Shown here in pieces: positions 58,302 through 64,000 of a DNA stretch of 64,000 bases (positions are counted from its first letter, which is position 1; each line of letters begins with the position of its first letter). The position numbers were made by a program, and so were the translations under genes. A model generated the notes under the pieces. It was not told the DNA's origin and made no database searches. It saw only the letters and a list, made by a program, of their open reading frames with translations. The DNA comes from an uncultured candidate division Zixibacteria bacterium (lineage in GTDB: Bacteria; Zixibacteria; MSB-5A5; GN15; FEB-12). Where the stretch lies: positions 1,472,001-1,536,000 of the forward strand of contig OY760907.1 of the NCBI GenBank assembly GCA_963664195.1, given 5' to 3'.

Positions 58302-58496
58302 GAAGTCGTACATCTTTCGTTTTTCAGGGGCCCACAGTGACTTGCTGTGGGTTTCTTTTTGGCATACCGCCGGGTATCTGTTCTCCAATTCGTTCATTCC
58401 GTGTTAATCGTGTAATACCTCCTCTCGGATTTGCCCTTTACGAACTGCCGACCTCCTTTTATATTACAGGGCACATATAGAGACATGGGAGGCAAA

Positions 58497-58808
58497 ATGG
58501 CTGAAGGCGGATTGATGTGCTGGAATTGCGGCCGGCCGACCGGTATCACCGCGAAGGTGATGCGGGCTGACCAGTGCGTGCATTGTTTGGCTGACTTACG
58601 TAGTTGCAGAGGGTGTCGTTTTTTCGATCCCACTCGCAGGTTCCAGTGCAAAGAGGTTGTTGAGAAACCACAGGCCAACAAGGAAAAGGCGAATTTCTGT
58701 GATTTCTTCATGATGCGGGACGTGGTGAAAACGCCGGGTGGTATTTCATCGCAGTCCGATTCAAAGGACGACAAGAAGAAGAAGTTCGACGACCTCTTCA
58801 AAGACTGA
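58497..58808 (+). CDS. Small Cys-rich putative zinc-binding protein
   Basis: CWNC, CVHC, CRGCRFF, NFCDFF; C-terminal KKFDDLFKD; RBS GGAGG. Confidence 0.75.
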   Translation: MAEGGLMCWNCGRPTGITAKVMRADQCVHCLADLRSCRGCRFFDPTRRFQCKEVVEKPQANKEKANFCDFFMMRDVVKTPGGISSQSDSKDDKKKKFDDLFKD

Positions 58809-58831
58809 AAAATCTACAAAGCCAAAGCTCA

Positions 58832-58867
58832 AACCGCAGGCACTGGAAACGGTCCTGCGGTTCTTTT
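58832..58867 (+). terminator. Intrinsic terminator
   Basis: aaccgcagg...cctgcggtt followed by ctttt. Confidence 0.65.
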
Positions 58868-58959
58868 GTGTGGGGGCAAACGATTGACAAACAGCGCCGC
58901 TGCGGCTAGATTAGGGCAATACCAGACCTGAACATTCATCCGCGGGGAGGGACGTCCCA

Positions 58960-59505
58960 TTGAAAACCCGAACAGCCGTATTGATCCTCTTGATAATGTC
59001 GCTTTCGCTTTCTGCTTCCGCCTTTGACGGCAAACGTAAGGGATTCGTGATTGGAGGTGGAATAGGAGGATCGCCGGTAACCAGATGGAGTACAGACTAC
59101 CTTGACATGGAGGAGACGGCTGCAGCACTCGGCTTCAGCGGGTTTCTGGGCTACTCGTGGGACAATTCTAACATGATCGTGCTTGATCGCAGCTTTGCCA
59201 GCTACAGCTCCGATGAATTTACCTCTTCGCGTACAATGCCGAATTTGCATTCGATTCGCTGGTATCACTACTTTGGCAAAGAAGGAAGCACAGTGTTTAC
59301 CTGTCTCGGCGTCGGGAGGATGCATCTATTCAACAATGATCTGGATATCGGGGACCCGAAACTCGGCTACGTTCTTGGGGGAGGTTACGAACCCGTCAGG
59401 CACGTGCAACTCGGCGCCTACTTCATCGGCGGCCGGTCACACAGCGACGGTCACAAGTTCAATCATGCCATTTTGCAGTTTCTGGTGACGGTGACAGCCT
59501 ACTGA
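58960..59505 (+). CDS. Small outer-membrane beta-barrel protein
   Basis: Signal peptide, Gly/aromatic beta-strand pattern, terminal Tyr. Confidence 0.65.
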   Translation: MKTRTAVLILLIMSLSLSASAFDGKRKGFVIGGGIGGSPVTRWSTDYLDMEETAAALGFSGFLGYSWDNSNMIVLDRSFASYSSDEFTSSRTMPNLHSIRWYHYFGKEGSTVFTCLGVGRMHLFNNDLDIGDPKLGYVLGGGYEPVRHVQLGAYFIGGRSHSDGHKFNHAILQFLVTVTAY

Positions 59506-59620
59506 TTTGCCGGGTCGTCTGGTTCAATAATCGGCCCCTCCAATCTACTTGCTCTCGCGTGTGAATTGTCTATATTCTTTTTCATCATCGGAAGTCCTGA
59601 AACCTCTTGAGGAGTGTATC

Positions 59621-61012
59621 ATGAAGTATCGTATAGAAACAGATTCCATGGGCGAGATCCAGGTACCGGCTGAAATGTACTACGGCGCCCAGACCGCCCG
59701 TTCTCTCATGAATTTCCGCATCGGTGGCGAAAGAATGCCGCGCGAACTTATCCGCGCTATGGGCATCCTCAAGAAATGCGCCGCCCTGACCAACATGGAG
59801 TTGGGCACTCTCGACAAGAAACTCGGCAAGCTGATTACCAAAGCGGCCGACGAAGTAATCTCTGGCGAACTCGACGAGCATTTTCCGCTCGTGGTGTGGC
59901 AGACCGGATCGGGGACCCAGTCGAACATGAACTCCAACGAGGTTATCTCCAACCGCGCTATCGAAATGGCCGGCGGTGAGCGCGGCAGCAAAAACCCCGT
60001 GCACCCGAACGACCACGTCAACAAAGCGCAGTCCTCGAATGACACCTTCCCGACTGCCATGCATATCGCCGCGGTCGAGGAGATTCATCGCCGCCTGATC
60101 CCGATGATCACGCAGCTTCGCGACACCCTCACCAAGAAATCCAAAGAGTTCAACAAGTATATCAAAATCGGGCGCACGCACCTGATGGATGCCACCCCGC
60201 TGACGCTCGGTCAGGAATTCTCCGGCTATGCGGCGCAGTTGACCCTGTCTCTGGCCCGGATCAACGACTGCCTCAAACGGCTCTATCCGTTGGCCCTCGG
60301 TGGCACGGCGGTCGGAACCGGTTTGAACACGCATCCGAAGTTCGCCAAGATGGTCGCGGCGTCTATCGCCAAAGAGACCGGGTTGAAATTCGTCACCGCC
60401 CCGAACAAGTTCGAAGCCCTTGCGGCGCATGACGCTATCGTCGAGGCTTCCGGCGTGATGAAGACTATCGCCTGCTCGTTGATGAAGATTGCAAACGATA
60501 TCCGCCTTCTCGGCTCCGGCCCGCGCTGCGGTATCGGCGAAATCTCACTGCCGGCCAACGAACCTGGCTCCTCGATTATGCCGGGCAAAGTTAACCCGAC
60601 TCAGTGCGAGGCGATGACGATGGTTGCCGCGCAGGTGATCGGTAACGACGTATCGGTCAATGTCGGTGGCGCTACGGGACATTTTGAATTGAACGTTTTC
60701 AAGCCGGTTATGATTTACAACCTGCTACAGTCGATTCGGTTGATTGCTGACTCGTGCGAGATGTTCAACCAGAACTGTGCGGTAGGTATCACGCCGAACA
60801 AGGAGAACATTCACAAGAACCTGACGAACTCGTTGATGCTGGTGACGGCGCTCAATCCGCATATCGGATATGACAACGCGGCGAAGGTGGCCAAGAAGGC
60901 GCACGCCGAGGGTTCGACTCTTAGAGAAGCGGTGGTCGCGCTAGGACTGCTGACGGAGAAGGAGTTCGACGAGAAGGTTCGTCCGGAGAAGATGATTGGC
61001 CCGAAGAAGTAA
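59621..61012 (+). CDS. fumC: Class II fumarate hydratase
   Basis: [33 protein letters not shown]. Confidence 0.97.
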   Translation: MKYRIETDSMGEIQVPAEMYYGAQTARSLMNFRIGGERMPRELIRAMGILKKCAALTNMELGTLDKKLGKLITKAADEVISGELDEHFPLVVWQTGSGTQSNMNSNEVISNRAIEMAGGERGSKNPVHPNDHVNKAQSSNDTFPTAMHIAAVEEIHRRLIPMITQLRDTLTKKSKEFNKYIKIGRTHLMDATPLTLGQEFSGYAAQLTLSLARINDCLKRLYPLALGGTAVGTGLNTHPKFAKMVAASIAKETGLKFVTAPNKFEALAAHDAIVEASGVMKTIACSLMKIANDIRLLGSGPRCGIGEISLPANEPGSSIMPGKVNPTQCEAMTMVAAQVIGNDVSVNVGGATGHFELNVFKPVMIYNLLQSIRLIADSCEMFNQNCAVGITPNKENIHKNLTNSLMLVTALNPHIGYDNAAKVAKKAHAEGSTLREAVVALGLLTEKEFDEKVRPEKMIGPKK

Positions 61013-61020
61013 GGCTATGG

Positions 61021-61198
61021 ATAAGTCACACTGACAGACTAGTCTGTGGGCTTGTCGAAGTGTGGACCTTGTTTAAGAACCAATCAAGTGGTGCAGTCTT
61101 CGACAGGCTCAGACTGACTTGATTGGAGCTGGCGGGTTCGAAGACGGACTCGCCCTACAAGACAGCGAATTGTAGGTCGAAACTCCCGTGGTTTCGAC
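61021..61198. repeat. Composite repeat cluster: variant of the 95-bp family plus two GTAG REP hairpins
   Basis: 61021-61125 family copy; ggcgggttc...gactcgcc-ctac 61131-61158; gtag-gtcgaaac...gtttcgac 61172-61198. Confidence 0.75.
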
Positions 61199-61249
61199 AA
61201 TAGCGGCAGGGAGATTTCCCTGCCGCTATGTTGTGGTTGTTGGGTAGCT

Positions 61250-62566
61250 CTAGTGATGCAGTTTCTGCCCACCTGATAGATGCTTCTTGGCTAAGCCCTC
61301 CATGTGGCGAATGGGCAATCTTTCCTGAACTCCCATTCTTTGGCCCACCTCCGCAACAATCTCTGCCGCCCGACCCCAGGGCCGCGCCAGTAACTCATTC
61401 AAGTGAATTGTGTCTTGAAGAATGATCTTTGCTCCGGCGTACGGGTGTGAGAGCAGATGACGACTCCCTGTCGTTATTCTCGCGTCTGTGAGATTCTTAT
61501 ATTCCAGCAAGACATCAATCGGCTTGTCAGCGGAGAATCCCAAGCCATCGTAGAGTCGCCCCATTGCGATCAATGCTTCAGCTATGAGCTTTGTCTGGCC
61601 ATAGGCCTCGAGTTCAGAGCCAAGCCCCACGGAGGACTTCTGGGTGATCTTGATAGAGTAGAATAGACTTCTGGTATACTGAAACCGCCAGTAGTCGAAG
61701 GTCGGCCGCTCGTAGAAGGGTTCGGTATCAACTGCCCAGATTGAATCCTCGTCGAATTGCGGTGGGCAATTCGCGGTCTCCAAGTAGAAGAGAAACGGCC
61801 ATCCACGATAGTCAACGCAGGCAGATTTCAGAGACGACTTGCTCCGTTCGATATCTTGTGGTACAGGACTGTCCGAGGGAATCGCCGCAAAAATCAACAA
61901 AGGTAAAGCAGCTAGGCCCTCTGGTCTCATGGAAAGCGCATGTTTCTCGATCTCTTCAGTTTCAAGTCCTAGATCAAGACTTGGCACAATCGCTTGCAGG
62001 TTCGTTCCTCCTGACGAACTGAGTGCGTCAAACACCAGTTCTTGGATCTCGGCCTTTCTGGCAAGTGTGAGTCGGTGGATCAAGTCGCGCCAGTCATCAA
62101 GCCGACCTATCTCGGTGGTCTCTTTGTTTCGGTTGCGATAGTACAGAGCACCTTTCCTCAGGATAGTATCATTGTGATCCCCGCGATCCTTGACGCAGAT
62201 GTGCGGCATATCTCCGTGTTGGGGAACCCTTATGACGACGAACACTAACTTGGAGTCGCGCGACTGTGGGCGCGCGACTTCGACATCCATGTCTGGTTCG
62301 ACATGGTTATTGACGTCCCTAGCAACGTTTGTTACGTCCCAAGTCGATAGATGCTCACCGTCAACCCCAACGAAACGAGCGTCCCCTTGTTGTTTTTCGT
62401 CGAACCCTACCACCAAGTAGCCTCCGCCAGCGTTGGCGAGCCCCGCAATTATCTTCATCAGCTTGAAGCGTGCAGGCCCCTCCCAGGGAATGGACCGCTT
62501 GCACTCGATTTCGAGCGTCTCTAGTCCGCGATATACTATTCTGAGTGCTTCTGCATCGTTGAACAT
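61250..62566 (-). CDS. AlbA_2 (Schlafen-like) domain protein
   Basis: ETLEIECK...IAGLANAGGGYLVVGFDE N-terminal motif. Confidence 0.8.
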   Translation of the reverse strand: MFNDAEALRIVYRGLETLEIECKRSIPWEGPARFKLMKIIAGLANAGGGYLVVGFDEKQQGDARFVGVDGEHLSTWDVTNVARDVNNHVEPDMDVEVARPQSRDSKLVFVVIRVPQHGDMPHICVKDRGDHNDTILRKGALYYRNRNKETTEIGRLDDWRDLIHRLTLARKAEIQELVFDALSSSGGTNLQAIVPSLDLGLETEEIEKHALSMRPEGLAALPLLIFAAIPSDSPVPQDIERSKSSLKSACVDYRGWPFLFYLETANCPPQFDEDSIWAVDTEPFYERPTFDYWRFQYTRSLFYSIKITQKSSVGLGSELEAYGQTKLIAEALIAMGRLYDGLGFSADKPIDVLLEYKNLTDARITTGSRHLLSHPYAGAKIILQDTIHLNELLARPWGRAAEIVAEVGQRMGVQERLPIRHMEGLAKKHLSGGQKLHH

Positions 62567-62713
62567 TCATCCCTCCGAGTCTGGCGTGTGATATGGAGTA
62601 TCAGATAATCGACCTCAATATACATAAGCGGAGAGGGGCAGTCAATGACGATGACGGGGAATCCGGTTCGCACCCCGCCACGGGCGGTCGGCGCAAGCAG
62701 TGCGGAACCGAGG

Positions 62714-63103
62714 CTAACTCCTCTGGTTCTCTGTTTCCTTCTTGGGTCGATAGTACACGAGGTACATTGTGACTGCGGTGAATATCGCCGGGTATATGAA
62801 CGGTTGCCAGTGATGAGTAGCCTCCACCGTGGCCGGTGAGAAGAATCGGGTCAGGAGGTCGACCCAGATAATCTGTCCGAGAGGGATGCTCGCCGGAGAA
62901 ATCAGAACGCCCGCCCATTTCCAGAGGCCCTCTTTATGCAGGAGCCACCACGAGCTGCATACGATCAGGAGAAACAAACCTGCTACGCCCCACAACGGGA
63001 TTCGCTCTAGGAGCCACGGAGCGTAGTCGTCGAAGAAAAGGTACGCTATGGAAGTAGACTGTCCTATGGCCAGGGCGAGGACATACAACATCAGCGTATT
63101 CAA
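62714..63103 (-). CDS. Hypothetical membrane protein (about 4 TM helices)
   Basis: RBS AAGGAG before TTG 63103; hydrophobic segments. Confidence 0.55.
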   Translation of the reverse strand: MNTLMLYVLALAIGQSTSIAYLFFDDYAPWLLERIPLWGVAGLFLLIVCSSWWLLHKEGLWKWAGVLISPASIPLGQIIWVDLLTRFFSPATVEATHHWQPFIYPAIFTAVTMYLVYYRPKKETENQRS

Positions 63104-63336
63104 GACGGACTCTCCTTGATCTGTTTCGGTAGCCTGCGGTGTCAGATAGTCGACTTCAAGATACGTAAGCGGGGAGGTGCAGTCAATTGGGATGGTGTAC
63201 AATCTGGTTCGCACCGCAAGCGGTGCCGCACCGGAGTATGGCGTTGTCCGCCCTACAAGCCAAAAAAGAAAACGACAGGGAAGTCATCCCTGCCGCTTTG
63301 CTATTTTCGTAGAGGCAATCAGATGCGATTGTCTCC

Positions 63337-64000
63337 TTACTGTGCGTATCTGTAAATGTGATTGAACGTCCCGCCTGCGTATACCAGCGGCGATGCGCCG
63401 GCAACACCGTACACGGCGTGGAAATCAGCCTTGGCGTCGGTGTCCATCACAGTCCAGGTCGTTCCGTCGAAATGCAGCGCCGTCCCGTTATCACCTACCG
63501 CGTAAGTATCGGCGTTGGCCGTGCCCCAGACCGCAGTTAGATTCTCCGAGGTCGGGCTGGTCATGGCGGTCCAAGTGGTGCCGTTGTAACGAACAATCGT
63601 GCCGCCGTCGCCGACAGCAAACACGTTGGTGAGGGAGAAGCCCCAGACGGAATTCAGGTTGTCGCTGAAGTCTGTAGCGTCTTCGGTCCAAGTGCCGGCC
63701 GTGCTGCGGCGGATGATCGTGCCGCCGTCGCCAACTGCTACCAGCACCGAATCAGCGCTGCCCCAGAGATCGTGCAGGTCGGCGCCCACGGGGCTGGTCT
63801 CTTCAGTCCAGTCGGTGCCGTTGTAAGACGCTATCGTCCCTCCGCTGCCGACAGTGAACACCGCTTGATCATCGAAACCCCACAGTCCGTAGAGGTCCGC
63901 CGACAGGCCGGTTGTCATATCGCTCCAGACTCCGTTGATGCCGCTGGCGGTAACGACAGTGCCGTTTTCACCGGCTGCGAAATAAGTGCCTTCGTCGGAA
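63337..64000 (-). CDS. Beta-propeller repeat protein (5' end beyond window)
   Basis: About 40-aa repeats L..VWG......AVG.GGTI..Y.GT.W. Confidence 0.8.
   Translation of the reverse strand, partial: SDEGTYFAAGENGTVVTASGINGVWSDMTTGLSADLYGLWGFDDQAVFTVGSGGTIASYNGTDWTEETSPVGADLHDLWGSADSVLVAVGDGGTIIRRSTAGTWTEDATDFSDNLNSVWGFSLTNVFAVGDGGTIVRYNGTTWTAMTSPTSENLTAVWGTANADTYAVGDNGTALHFDGTTWTVMDTDAKADFHAVYGVAGASPLVYAGGTFNHIYRYAQ

Overview
This is a 64-kb bacterial chromosomal window. It carries secreted cohesin/dockerin proteins with Por/T9SS-type C-terminal sorting tails and two sigma54 activators, which suggests an FCB-related lineage such as Zixibacteria (inference only). The housekeeping backbone is tRNA-Leu, tig-clpP-clpX, uvrD/pcrA, lon-engB-purA, two tRNA-Lys genes, corA, mscS, threonine dehydrogenase-kbl and fumC. 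Accessory content includes a REP-associated tyrosine transposase with flanking REPs and a 157-bp tandem duplication, an intact IS256 with an 8-bp target-site duplication inserted in the last codons of a PD-(D/E)XK nuclease-like gene, several dispersed palindromic repeat families, a NifS-SelD fusion and an internally deleted glycogen-synthase remnant. The best candidate for a new system is at about 50.65-53.85 kb. A small secreted precursor protein is translationally coupled to a TPR-domain sigma54 enhancer-binding protein that has no receiver domain. It is followed by repeated candidate enhancer motifs, a near-consensus -24/-12 promoter and a roughly 100-nt terminated non-coding transcript whose 5' end looks like an anti-RBS. 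Together these suggest an RRNPP-like peptide-signalling circuit wired to a sigma54/sRNA output. All calls come from reading the sequence and recognising motifs; no database searches were run.
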